This document shows positions 13,251 through 24,963 of a DNA stretch of 64,000 bases, one piece after another. Location of the stretch: the NCBI GenBank assembly GCA_029721355.1, contig CM056605.1, positions 4,406,108 to 4,470,107 of the forward strand. The letters run 5' to 3'. The position numbers and the translations under genes are program-made. Numbering within the stretch: the stretch's first letter is position 1; every line of letters starts with the position of its first letter. The DNA is from Tegillarca granosa (Eukaryota). A model generated the notes under the pieces. That model was not told the DNA's origin. It did no database searches and was given only the letters and a program-made list of their open reading frames with translations.

Positions 13251-15289
13251 AATCAGATGCCATATAAGTACCTTAAGAAAAAAACCCAAGTTTGAAAAAA
13301 ATGAAGGAGCTTTAGCTATCTAACTATTTCACAACCATATGTACTTACATCTTATTTTCTTAATGTAAAACGAAAGTTTTAAATAAACTAAATAACTAAA
13401 TTAATATGGAAATGTTTGATTTATCAGAACTGAAACTACAACCACGAATACGTTTATAATCTGCTTATATTTTCTATAATTTGATAAAGCATTAAATCGT
13501 GAAAATAAGTCTAGATCGAAATTCTTAATAAATGTATTTTAGTTGATTTGAGAAAGATTAAGAAAGTTGATAGAATTACTAAACCTGCTGATAATCAAAA
13601 GTGAAATGTACATGTAAATCACGTACATCGTAGAAATGTGTCAATCATGAACATCTTCATGTATATAAAAGACATAACTTTAAACAAAATTGTTTTAAAA
13701 TGAATCTTTATTGATTTTTCTTTTTCCACATCGTGACACGTAGATCCTAGAACTTAAAACCTAGACCATGATTAGGTGCAAATTGTTACTGAAATTGTAT
13801 CTTCGAATATTGTTACAAAATGATTTATGAGGTATCAATCTATAAAAATCTTATACTCTATGTAAATTGTTACAGGCAATAACAAGTACCTATGAAGCAT
13901 TTTTAATATTTTAAGGTATATTCAATAAGATACGTCAAGTAATGACATTTTTGTTAGTCCTTTTATAAGAAACAAATTAGTTTGATTGGATTCTCAGCAT
14001 ATGCACTGTAAGATTATGAAAAACCATTGACCTTGATTTTAACAAAACAAGTAATATTAGATATAAACATTGGTAGGAAATGAAACATAATAAAGTTTTA
14101 ATATCCACCCACTAAAACCTGTATAAATGAAAAAAATGTATCACGACTTTCGTGATCACTTCGTGTTTTTCGAAAAAAAAATTATTGAAAAAAATAATAA
14201 AAGGAAACACCCAAGTTGCAAGGCCAAACACGGATTTGAAAAAACAAACAAACCAATCAAGAACACGTACCATGTAAAAAACATATATACATACAAACAT
14301 AATATTTAAAAAAAAAAAAACCCAATAGACAACAAATGTTTATTTTTACGACGTATTTGAATATCTTGATCTGTCTATAGTTCTCCGGCGACATGTTATA
14401 TAAAACAATTTTTTTTATAATCAACTGTATGAAAAATTGCAATCGTCTGTATTGTTATATAGTGATAACAACCCGGTTCATAGCGTTATAATTACAAATA
14501 TATACTTAAACTTTTAACCACATCTTCTTTATTAAATCAAGATATGTGTTCTTCTTTGTTTTCTGTCTCCAGAGTACTCACTTTACAACCATTAATTGGT
14601 TATTCAGTCCAACATGACATAAATTGTAATCAAATGAGAAATACTATTTCACTTAATGATTATGTAGCGGTCTGGGTAGCTCAGTTACAATTAATTAACT
14701 AAAAAATTTAATAAGGGAATGGCGTGTACTCTATTATCTATCCCGATGAAGCTACTAGTAATAGCTTTTTAAATGCTGATACGTATACATTTATGTTTAA
14801 TTACTGAATAATTCAGACAAACATAAGCAAATACAAAAAAAACAATAACCAATCATTCCCTGAGGCTTGAACTTATCATTCATGCTGTCGTTGGTCTTTA
14901 GGACTTTAGTATTTACTTAAGAACACTGTATAGAGTTCTTAATATGATTTTATTTATTTATTTAATTTTTGTTTTAAGAATCAATGCCCGTCTAAAGTAG
15001 GAGTGTTTATAATAGGAGTTCTTAATTTGTTTAACTTGTTATCCGAACCATTGTCCTCTTGAAGTAGATAGTTTTAGAATCAGTAATGTCATTATGTTTA
15101 TCTTCCTACAGGCCACAGGTCTAACCTCTAGCATTCTATTTTGGATATTAACATTAAAATTTTCCGCCATGCAATATTGGTTGACATTCTTGAGTCAGCA
15201 AGGTAGATATACAAGTAAGTGACGTGTTATTCATTAATACGCATACTAGAAGTTCATTATTTCGCTTAGAAGATTATTTTATGAATGAA

Positions 15290-15700
15290 ATTCACTCATC
15301 TAATAGGAGAAATGAAAATGATTTGTTTTGTGAAGGTTAATTAATCTGCTGGGAAAAGTTCAATAATCGATTCAATGAAAATTCATTAATCAGCCGAATA
15401 GATATTCATTAACCAGCTGGGTTGACATTGAATAACCCTTAGGGAGTGATCATTCAATAACGACGTTGTGTATGGTCAGTCATTAACTTGGTGACCAGAA
15501 GTTTAATAACCAACAGGGTTGATAAACACAAATCACCTGTTTTGAAAAAAAAGTTATTTAACTGGGTAAACGTTCATGAATTATTTAAGTGGACATTAAC
15601 TTATGCCACGGGCGGAAATTCATTTAGCATTTGCTTGAAAAGTCATAAAATAGGTGGGCGAATATTTGTGAACCTCTTGAGAGTTATCAACTATCTTTAG
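15290..15700. repeat. Degenerate 23-28 bp tandem repeats of the form 'ATTCATTAAYCAGCNGGNTRGAYA'.
   Basis: Successive units are 'ttcattaatcagccgaatagata', 'ttcattaaccagctgggttgaca', 'ttgaataacccttagggagtgatc', 'attaacttggtgaccagaagtt' and 'taataaccaacagggttgataaac'. The same unit family recurs at 21830-22210. Confidence 0.6.
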
Positions 15701-15977
15701 ATTTGTAGACCAGTCACACATTGAAAAAACAAAACTTGAGTGTAAATCCCGATAGCACCACGAAAGAACTATTATCAATAGCTAAATTCTACAAAGAAGG
15801 CAATTCTTTAAAAATATTGACCTATATAGTGTAATAAAATGTCTTTTAAAAGAAAAACAACATTGTTTTCTTTAGAGGATACAAACACAAAAAGCAACCA
15901 AACAAATAAAAAATAATATATCAGTAACGAGACCAGTCGTGAAATAATTGGTAACCCCTTCAGTATTCCTTTAGCAA

Positions 15978-16016
<39 letters not shown>

Positions 16017-16296
16017 TGGGAACCAGTGACTTGATTAAAATGTCAACTACAACTGTAAATCGACCCTTAAACAACCGACTCTTGTATATATGTCTTAAAT
16101 CAACTAACGAATTCTACCCTCAAATGATTGTAAAGGTCATTATTTCCACATATTTTTCTAAAAGAATATCAGTTTCAAGTATAAAAATATTCATTTTACA
16201 ATGAATTTTAAACAAATATTTACAGTATTAGAATAGAAAGTTCAGCTGTGATTTCTAGCTCTCACTGTTATTGTCACTTGAATAAATCAAATAGTC

Positions 16297-16302
<6 letters not shown>

Positions 16303-16377
<75 letters not shown>
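16303..16377. repeat. (AT)n microsatellite.
   Basis: About 37 AT repeats. Confidence 0.95.
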
Positions 16378-16380
<3 letters not shown>

Positions 16381-16431
16381 AATATAAAATATTTAGCAAA
16401 AATACCTATTTAATTATGATGTGCCAAATGA

Positions 16432-16570
16432 GCACATTTCAAAAATTCATTCTTCGCCAGACAAAAAACATAAGCCAAACAGTTAATAAATTGATGAATC
16501 CAAAGTTTCAGAATTATATGAATCCAAATCCGAATAAGGAATGCTTTGCATCAGGGAACAAACCTTAATT
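16432..16570 (-). mobile_element. Partial copy of the MITE-like family.
   Basis: Contains 'cataagccaaacagtt.ataaattgatgaatccaaagtttcagaattatatgaatccaaatcc...aaggaatgctttgcatcaggg', which is the reverse complement of the body of the 18055 copy. Confidence 0.6.
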
Positions 16571-16859
16571 TTCAAAAAAGTTAAAAAACTAAGATCGCTA
16601 AATATTTTCTGATCTATTCAAGTTTATTCAATTTATTACTCTCAGCCACTCAAAGAGTGGAACATGAGGTCATATAATGTACAATATTACATTGCCCAAC
16701 AATCTCACAAATAAAACACAATTTGTAACCTACCAGTTTCGATTGGGAATTTATGATTAGATGTTCTGAGCTTACAAATATCTATCGATTTAGAAAAATC
16801 TATCTTAAGTAAATAGTCCTCAAGTTTAAATTCGTCTTTAAAACTGTCCTTTTGAAGAA

Positions 16860-18720
16860 ACAAAATTACTTGACCAGTTTTGTAAAAAATATATCTTCAT
16901 ATACTCTTTCAAACAAAAACTTGTATGATATTAAATCTATAATATGTTGGCAGTGCCATAAAGTACCAAGATCATCTTTGTTTAACATAGTTTCTATATG
17001 TAGCCATGGTGACATAATATCACCAGACTGGTGCAAAGATAATACAATTTTATACATAAATGGTGAAAACTTGTTACAGTTAGGCTGAGCTAAATTACAC
17101 CAAAAATTATACATTCTTTGATATATTTTGGTATACAGCGGAAAACGTTCAAACTCACCATAAACTATATAATTTGGAGTTGATTTCCTAAGCTTTAAAA
17201 TACGTTTACAAAAATCTAAGTGTATACCATCTATTATATTTAAATTTTCGAAACCCCAAATTTCACAAGATTTAAGTAATAATGATACCACAAGACTATC
17301 AAACAACTCTTATTGTAAATCTGTTGGTAATTGAAAATACCTTATTTTACTTAATAAGGCGTACGTTGCCTTTATTGAATCTAAAAACGGTACTTAGATA
17401 TGTAAATGTATCTACTACCTCTATTGGCTGGTTGCCAATAGTAAAATTGTACTGGCGTTTACATTTTCGTGTATAGAATACAACAACTTTGGTTTTTGCT
17501 ACATTAATCTTAACTTCCATAAGGTACAATAATCATAAAATGCAGACAAGGAATTTTGTAAACAGTGTTAAGAATCTGACAATAGCATAGTATTATCGGC
17601 GTACAATAGAAAAAATAACTTGATAAAAATGTCCAATTTAACCAAGATTTTCCCTTTGTCTCACACCAACATTACAACTAAAAAAATAAAGTCCACCACC
17701 AACCTTAACACAGAATTTGATTGATTTATACATATTAAAAATAACATCAAACCTTTCACCAGTTATACCACAGTCAATAATTTTTTTTCCATAGGCCTGC
17801 TCTCCAGACTTTGTCAAATGCACACTTTAAGTCTATAAAGACAACTTTTTACCATGACTAAAATATAAAGTAACAATAGAATACAGAATAAAAATATTAT
17901 CCAGGGCAGAGTGGCCTTTCCTGAATCCTGCTTGTGCATCATTTATAAGATTTTCCTCTTCAGTATATTTCTTAAGGCGACTGTTGAGAATGTTGTAAAC
18001 AATTGCCAAAACAACTATAATTACCAGGATCCTTTACCGACCCCTTGTTTTTATAAATATGTTTAACTCCCCGAAGGTATCCATAACTCGGTAGGCAGTA
18101 CTTTGTGCTGTCAGAAAATGTACCATTTAGCAAAATTTTCAGCCGTCTAAAATTTGAAATTTATTTAAAACTAAGGTTTGTTCCCTCATGCAAAGCATTC
18201 CTTAGCTGGATTTGGATTTATATAATTTTGGAACTTTAGATTCATTATTTTCAAATGTTTGGCTTATGTTTTTTATCTATCAAACTTTTCGGTCTTAGTT
18301 TCACTGATGAGGAATAAATTTCCGAAATGTGCACATCTGGCACATCAAAATTTAACTGGTATTTGTGTTATATATTTAACAATACCAACTAACCATGAAT
18401 CCGGCACTTTGCCGGAGTTCAAAATAAGATTGAATATTTTAAAATATAATGGTAAAAAATATTCAGATATATATATTTATGATATATTCATTAAAGTTTT
18501 ATCTAAACCTGCTGCTTTGTTACATTTTTACTTTTTAATAGCAGCAATGATTTCATCAATAGTGATAGAACAATTCAAAATATCACTTGTATTTACACTT
18601 TTAGCTACATTACAATTATTTACATGTATTAAATCATCGTCAGAGTCATTAATATTATTAAGATACATAAAATGTTCGCACATACCTTCAACTAATGTAT
18701 GTTCATCGTCAACTACACAT
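16860..18720 (-). mobile_element. Degraded non-LTR (LINE) ORF2 reverse-transcriptase remnant, interrupted by a MITE insertion at 18055-18385.
   Basis: Minus-strand translation shows the RT N-terminal segment 'ITIDEIIAAIKK.KCNKAAGLDK' (18440-18720), then 'LINDAQAGFRKGHSALDNIF' (17900-17960), 'GVRQRENL' (17640-17700), 'KTKVVVFYTRK..IGNQPIEVVDTFTYLSTVF' (17347-17529) and 'SLLLKSCEIWGFE..HLDFCKRILKLRKSTPNYIVYGEFERFPL' (16866-17306). This is the canonical LINE RT motif order. The frames are broken by several shifts. Confidence 0.75.
18055..18385 (+). mobile_element. Near-complete MITE-like element.
   Basis: Head 'ccccgaaggtatccataactcggtaggcagtactttgtgctgtcagaaaat'. Body '..catgcaaagcattccttagctggatttggatttatataattttggaactttagattca..ggcttatg..tatctatcaaacttttcgg..cactgatgaggaataaatttccgaaatgtgcacatctggcacatcaaaatttaactggtatttgtgttatatattt'. 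The same sequence is seen at 7 other loci in both orientations. Confidence 0.75.
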
Positions 18721-19200
18721 TCAGATATATAGATGACGTTCTTTCTCTAAATAATCACAAATTTGGAGAATATGTGAATGTCATCTATCCAAGTGAGCTT
18801 GAAATAAAAGACACGACAGATTCTCCATGTTCTGCTTCATATTTGGACTTATACCTCAATTATGACACCCATGAATGGTTACATCTGAAGCTATACGACA
18901 AACGTGATGACTTCAATTTTTCTATTGTCAACTTTCCGTTTCTTTGAAGTAATATCCCTGCTTCTCCTGCGTATGGTGTATATGTTTCACAGTTAATACG
19001 GTACGGTAGAGCTTGTTCCCACTCTGGGAACTTTCTGCAACGAAGCAAATTACTTACAATTAAAATGTTGACACAAGGATATTGCAAGCCTAGGCTAATC
19101 AGGGCCCTTAAAAAGTTTTATGGCCGTCATCACAATATTGTTGATAAGTATGTAGTCACTGTATCCCAACTTATACTGGATATATTTGACTTACCATAGT
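18699..19200 (+). mobile_element. Retroelement RT-like fragment with a YIDD motif, family unclassified.
   Basis: The + strand translates to 'RYIDDVLSLNNHKFGEYVNVIYPSELEIKDTTDSPCSASYLDLYLNYDTHEWLHLKLYDKRDDFNFSIVNFPFL' and, after a stop, 'SNIPASPAYGVYVSQLIRYGRACSHSGNFLQRSKLL..QGYCKPRLIRALKKFYGRHHNIVDKY'. This is RT motif C plus a conserved C-terminal region, here interrupted by a stop. It lies on the opposite strand from the adjacent LINE. Confidence 0.6.
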
Positions 19201-20159
19201 TCTTTGTTCCTTTCATTCTCAAAATTGACTTTCACGTGACGGGTGAAGCTAGCTAAACAGGAGGTGCTTACCCTTCCGGAGTACCCGGCCTCACTTCCTT
19301 GATGGAAGTTCACGTGTATCACATATTTTGCCAGTTTGCAAAGTTTTTACTTTGTTTTTGGGATTGTGATATGGACAAGGACTGGTATGTTTGTTTTATT
19401 ATTATCTCCCATTAGTCTATTTAACACTGTCCAGAGTGTTTTACTATCTCGTTTTTTCACATTACGTAGTTCTTATCCTATCGAATGTTTATGTTTACGG
19501 AAGTAATAATGTAATGTACGTCTATATACAGAAGCCTTTTCTTTCAATACACTTTTATTTACTAGTGTTTTGTTTCGCTTGAATAACTCCCGTGCTTCAT
19601 GAAACGCGACATTCCTTTCCGAACCATGATTTGAAGTTAAAGACATTTCCCTTATGCGTCACTTTAAGTCTATTATTTCATACAGTTTTGCCAATGTCCA
19701 CAAGAATATTTTTAATTGTGTTAACTACAAAATTAACTACATATTCACTCGGCTAATCCAGAGAATTGTCAATGAACGTCAATAAATCATCCACAGGAGT
19801 GTTTTTAACTTCAGTAATATATTCTTCAACATTGTTTTATATCATTTTATATATTCATTTGGATTTGAACCAAAGTCATTACTTTTTGGAACTTGTAATT
19901 TATTCAAAATGAAAAACTTATACAACAATGTGCGTCAGAAAAAAGTTATTCAAAGTCCATAATTTTCAATTCTGTAACTAACGGAAATAGACGTGAAGAA
20001 CATAGCACATAATCCACAACGTTACTGTCTTTACAAGTTGTTTAAACAATAATATAGTCCTTATTTAATCTACCATTTGCAATAAATAATTATTTTTACA
20101 CATTTCTAAAAAACAATATCCAAATACAGTAGGTTTACCTATATCATGTATATGGTACA

Positions 20160-20575
20160 TTTTCTGACAGCACAAAGTGTTGCCTACTGGGTACTACCCC
20201 TGAGCGGGTACCGCTGCTGGTTTAGTAAAACTCCCCGAGGGTATCCATAACTCAGTAGGCAGTACTTTGTGCTGTCAGAAAATATACAATTTATCAAAAT
20301 TTTCAGTCGTCTAAAATTTGAAATTTATTTAAAACTAAGGTGTTTTTCGGTCTTAGTGACACTGATGAGGAATGAATTTCCGAAATGTGCACATCTGGCA
20401 CATCAAAATTTAACTGGTATTTGTATTATATATTTACGAATGCCCTCGGCGAGTTTTAATTCACTAGCATGGTACAGGCTCAGGGATATTAAATAATTTG
20501 AAAAAATACCTGTATAAATTTAACGTCCCTTATGTGTACATTTCGGAAATTTATTCCTCATCAGTGACGTGAAAA
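20160..20575 (+). mobile_element. MITE-like copy with a complete head hairpin, an internal deletion and an inverted partial core at its 3' side.
   Basis: 'ttctgacagcacaaagtgttgcctactgggtac' (20160) and 'ctcagtaggcagtactttgtgctgtcagaaaat' (20250) form a stem of about 33 bp. The body runs 20290-20440. The reverse-complement core fragment 'cacatttcggaaatttattcctcatcagtgac' lies at 20535-20575. Confidence 0.7.
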
Positions 20576-21060
20576 TAATGAACGAAATAAATGAATTTTT
20601 TAAAGGCTAACTGTACCGAATATGACCCTTTGGTGCTTTACTTTCCATAGTAATGGTATGTAATTATGTACGGGTACTGTATCTACGGGTATGAAAGAGT
20701 TATATCCCATTGGGCGTGTTGTTTCTATATTTAGAATACATATGCTGGTTTAACGAGGGTGATTGTGTGACGTAGATGCACGGGTTTTAGTAGAAAATAA
20801 GTTCATTCGAGCTATAACTTCTCAAGTATACAGTCGAATTTGTTTTGTTATTTAATGTTTTATGATTATAATAATAATAATAATAATAATAATTATCTGG
20901 GGTTTTTTGTAGATTGTTGGTGGAAAAGACAATCATGTTATTATTAACTTTAAATTTATATTTTCGACATAAAAACTTGAGTCGTAATTGACGCCTCCCA
21001 AATGAATGTTTGTTGTTTATTTTATGTTTGAGGAATCGAATTAGAACATAAGATTACACA

Positions 21061-21102
21061 ACATATAAACGATGAGCGAGATAAAGTAACACGCATCGTG
21101 CA

Positions 21103-21180
<78 letters not shown>

Positions 21181-21232
21181 TTACACACACCTTGCAAACA
21201 ATAAGCTCGATAAAACAAAACACTGGAAACAA
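21061..21232. repeat. Isolated 35-bp-satellite-like monomer pair split by a (GA)n microsatellite.
   Basis: 'aacgatgagcgagataaagtaacacgcatcgtgcaaaca' + (GA)~38 + 'atgttacacacaccttgcaaacaataagctcgataaaac' resembles the 9485-13250 monomer 'aacaatgaacgagataaggtaacacacaccgtgcaaaca'. The artefactual minus-strand ORFs here ('CVLLYLAHRLYVV') echo those of the main array. Confidence 0.65.
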
Positions 21233-21829
21233 CGCAATACATAATTTACGAACTATAAATGAAATAAAATCAAATCAGCTGTGAAATAATGAACAAAATA
21301 ACAACATACCACGAAATGTGATATATATACCTTGGAAAAAAAAATTACATCGCTTAATATGTACGGACTTTGGGTATAAAAGTATTAAGTAGCGTTCAGA
21401 GATTTAAAAGATTTTTGAATTAACAATAAAACTGTTGAAATAACATAAACATTTGTCGTGTTTCTAGTGCTTTTATCTTTTACAGATTCATTTAAGAGTG
21501 CTGTATAAAACATAAATTGTTAAATATCAGTGACACTTATTATATTTCAGTTCATATTTTCAGCTATAATATAACTCTAAATCGCCACCGAAGGACCTGA
21601 TTTCAGTAGTGGGTAGTTATGTTAAGTTTGTAGATTAAAGAAAAAAGGTTAAACACTACCCCTACGCTCATCAGATCGATGCGTATCCAAGTTTAATGTA
21701 GACGCCCGTGAAACACTTTCGGTGGCCTAGAAAACACAAATGTTTTCGCTAGGAGCTTACCGGTATTTACCAGCTAGCTAGACGTTTATTAGCCAGCTTG
21801 TTAAAATGTTAATAAACAGCTGAGCTGTC

Positions 21830-22210
21830 ATTCGCTAAAAAGAGTGTCGTTTATCCGCTGAGTGGAAGTTCATCGTTAGATTGGGCTGGCTATTATTATT
21901 AAGCGGAGTAGCGATTATATAACTAGCTTAAATGACATAAAGTGAGAAAACGATCATTAATCAGCTAGGCGGACAATCATTTTATTGATCGGTAGACATT
22001 CGTGAATCAGCTTGGTAGACATTCATGAATAAGATGGGTGGATATATTTAACCAGGATAGTGGATGTTCATTTATTAACTAGATGGAGATTCATTAACGA
22101 GCGCAATTGGCATTTATAGGGCAAGTGAGGTAGTACATATTCAATAACCATAGATTTAGGTAGTGTATAAACATTTATCAGCCAATTTCTTGCATGTTCA
22201 TTTATTAGTT
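21830..22210. repeat. Second locus of degenerate 'ATTCATTAAYCAGCTGG..' repeats of about 25 bp.
   Basis: Units include 'gatcattaatcagctaggcggacaatc', 'attcgtgaatcagcttggtagac', 'attcatgaataagatgggtggat' and 'ttcattaacgagcgcaattggc'. Confidence 0.55.
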
Positions 22211-22507
22211 GTAGCCAAATAACATACATACAAACAAACAAAACAAAGTTCTATCTTAAATAAGAGGCAAAAGCAAAACTAAAACTGGCTAGTTCAGTTA
22301 CACTCGTGCACTTCCATCACGAAGTGATGAGGACGGGCGCTCCAGAAGGGTTAAAAACATCCTGTCTAGCTAGCTACACCCGTCAAGTGCAGAATAAAAG
22401 AAAAACGATACGTCAAATATATATCCACTATAAGATTGGCTACAGCGACCTTCAAACTTATCAACAATATAGTTAAGGCCATACAAATATTTAAGGGCCT
22501 TGATTAC

Positions 22508-22609
22508 TCCTATTAAATAAGAGTCCGAGACGCTGGCAAGAGGTTTTTTGATATGTGCCAACGTCGAAAAAACGTCTTGCCAGCGTCTCGGACTCTTATT
22601 TAATAGGAG
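22508..22609. repeat. Near-perfect 43-bp inverted repeat forming a hairpin with a 16-nt loop.
   Basis: 'ctcctattaaataagagtccgagacgctggcaagaggtttttt' / loop 'gatatgtgccaacgtcg' / 'aaaaaacgtcttgccagcgtctcggactcttatttaataggag', with 1 mismatch. It is flanked by the direct repeats 'ccttgatta' at 22497 and 22616. Confidence 0.8.
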
Positions 22610-22864
22610 TAGGGTCCTTGATTAGCCTAGGCGTGCAATATTCCTAAGTCAACAATTATTTGTAAGCAACTTGCTTTGTTGAAGAAACTAGTTCCCATAA
22701 GATAAGCTCTGTCATTGGGCAATGCCTTTTATTTTTGTTGGGTCTGTTGAGAAATAACTTGAATGAGAACTGTGCACTTTGCATAAACCCAAACAAAAAT
22801 TAAAGTCAATGCTTATAATCAAATATCATACTTAAATATATACCACAAATAAAAAAGTTGAAAA

Positions 22865-23430
22865 TTAATGAATCTTAAGTTCCAAAATTATATGAATCCA
22901 AATCCATCTAAGGAATGCTTTGCATGAAAGGACAAACCTGTTTTAAATAAATTTCAAAAATTAAGATGACTGAAAATTTTGCTAGATGGTATATTATCTG
23001 ACAGCACCAAGTAATACCTACTGAGTTATTGATACTATCGGAGAATTCACTCCACCACCAACGGTACCCGATCAGGGGTAGTGAATATTCTACACAAATA
23101 CCTGATGAATTTTGATGTGCCGTATGTTTACATTTCGGAAATTTATTCCTCATCAGTGACACTAATGGCCAAAAAGTTTGATAGATAAAAAAATCATAAG
23201 CTAAACAGTTGAAAATTACTGAATCTAAGTTCCAAAATTATATGAATCCAAATCCAGCTAAGGAATGCATTGCATGAAGGAACAAAACTTAGTTTTATAT
23301 AAATTTCAAAAATTAAGACCGCTAAAAATTTTGCTAAATGGTATATTTTCTGACAGCACAAAGTACTGCCTACTGAGTTATAGATACCTTGGGGAGTTAA
23401 CTTCACCAGCAGCGGTACCAAAAATCAAAG
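22865..23430 (-). mobile_element. Two tandem copies of the MITE-like family (head-to-tail dimer).
   Basis: The copies lie at 22865-23170 and 23190-23430. Each carries the reverse complement of 'ggtaccgctgctggtg..ctcagtaggcagtactttgtgctgtcagaaaat' and of the body '..ggaatgctttgcatga..cactgatgaggaataaatttccgaaatgt..'. Confidence 0.7.
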
Positions 23431-24924
23431 TCAACTGCAAAACATTTAATGTTTCTTAAACAAATTAGTTCAATGTTAACACTTTAATCATTGCCTTTGC
23501 GTTTGCCATAATTGAGGTATAAGTGCAAATATGAATCCGAACATAGAGAATCAGTCGTTTTTTGTATTTCAAGCTCACAAGAATAAATTTAATTTACATA
23601 TAATTCAAATTTGGAATTTTTGAGAACGAACATTTGGTTGATGCCAGATGTAGAAAACACTTTTTTCAGAATAAGACTGAAGGCTATCTTTGAACACTGT
23701 CAAAATTCATGTGAGAACCACTGATGATAAGTAAGCAGTAACCTTAGAGGAACCTGCTATATATAGTCCTTTTATGGGTTTTTGTGAAGTTTTGAAATCC
23801 AAGTAAGTTTTAAATCGATACCGACAGACTCAAGAAATTCCCTATACTCGTAATTGTAAAGAACTTTGTCTTTAGAAAAACGAAGCTCCTTAATAAGACA
23901 TTCAACGTAAAATCTCTTACAAATGAGAATAATTTTTTGAAAGCTTTATCATCTAGAACAACAATGCATCTGTTATGCATGTATGTAAGGATTTCAGAAA
24001 TCACCAACCTATTGGGAATCATTAACCAGCTGTGCAAGGTCCAACAGTTTGAAAACAAATTGAAAATATTAAACAAAGAGCGTACGAAACTTTCCTTACA
24101 AAACTTGAGTGTAAAGTTTGATGACATTCAAAAGGAACTATCTAACCAATATCAGCTTTTTATAATAAAAGGAATTCGCAACATGATATATTGACCCTGG
24201 CTGTGTAAAAATGCCGTTTATAAACAGTCTTGTCTACCAAATACAATAGAACATTACAGGAGTAATTAAATAAAATGTTAAATGTTAAATGTTTTTAAAT
24301 AATTTCTTGCTGTACACCCGTAACAAGTTGGTTGCGGATGCATTTGTAGTTTCCGTACGCCTGTTTCCTCCGAGCATTTGACTAATTGGGAGGCAGTGAT
24401 TTTATACAAATGTCAACTTAGAAAAACGTTCCTTAAGCACGTTTTAACTCTCTTACTTACGTAATATGTATCAATTGTGTTATATATTTACTACTATTGT
24501 TTATATTAAGTGTACTCCCATCATCATTTTCCATATTCTACCGTCATCCAATATTGTATGTATTTTTAGCTAAAAGCTGACACATTTGCCTAATTGAAAT
24601 AAAATTGATTGTAAAAATACAAATTTATTTTGAGAACGCTGAATACAATACCAATGAACATTTTCATATTTCATGACAATTTTTGTTATAAGTGAATTTA
24701 AAGCATTATAAACAGTAAGTAATTAGTATGTAATAAACTTAATTCAAGTGGTTAATGTAGATACCGAAATCACTATACATGTTATGTAAGTAAATTATGA
24801 TTGTAAAATTTTGAGAGGTTTTGAGTTTACAAAACTATTATTGAAAATTATTTTGTTTTGTAAGGAAGTCATTGGTGGATAAGGAAAAACATGTACTTTA
24901 AGAAGAGCATTTACCTATTAAGTG

Positions 24925-24963
<39 letters not shown>

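Noticed and set aside
16248-16568. Small ORFs in microsatellite or TE sequence, for example the 106-aa ORF with an (IY)n run at 16248-16568. Further examples are 56245-56673 ((TH)n), 53333-53548 and 59721-59938.
   Set aside because: They are driven by (AT)n or (AC)n microsatellites, or they overlap MITE copies.
23560-24200. Opposing ORFs of 85 and 105 aa (23810-24194) with coiled-coil-like sequence.
   Set aside because: I recognise no homology or motif. They are AT-rich and overlap each other on opposite strands, which is insufficient support for a gene.
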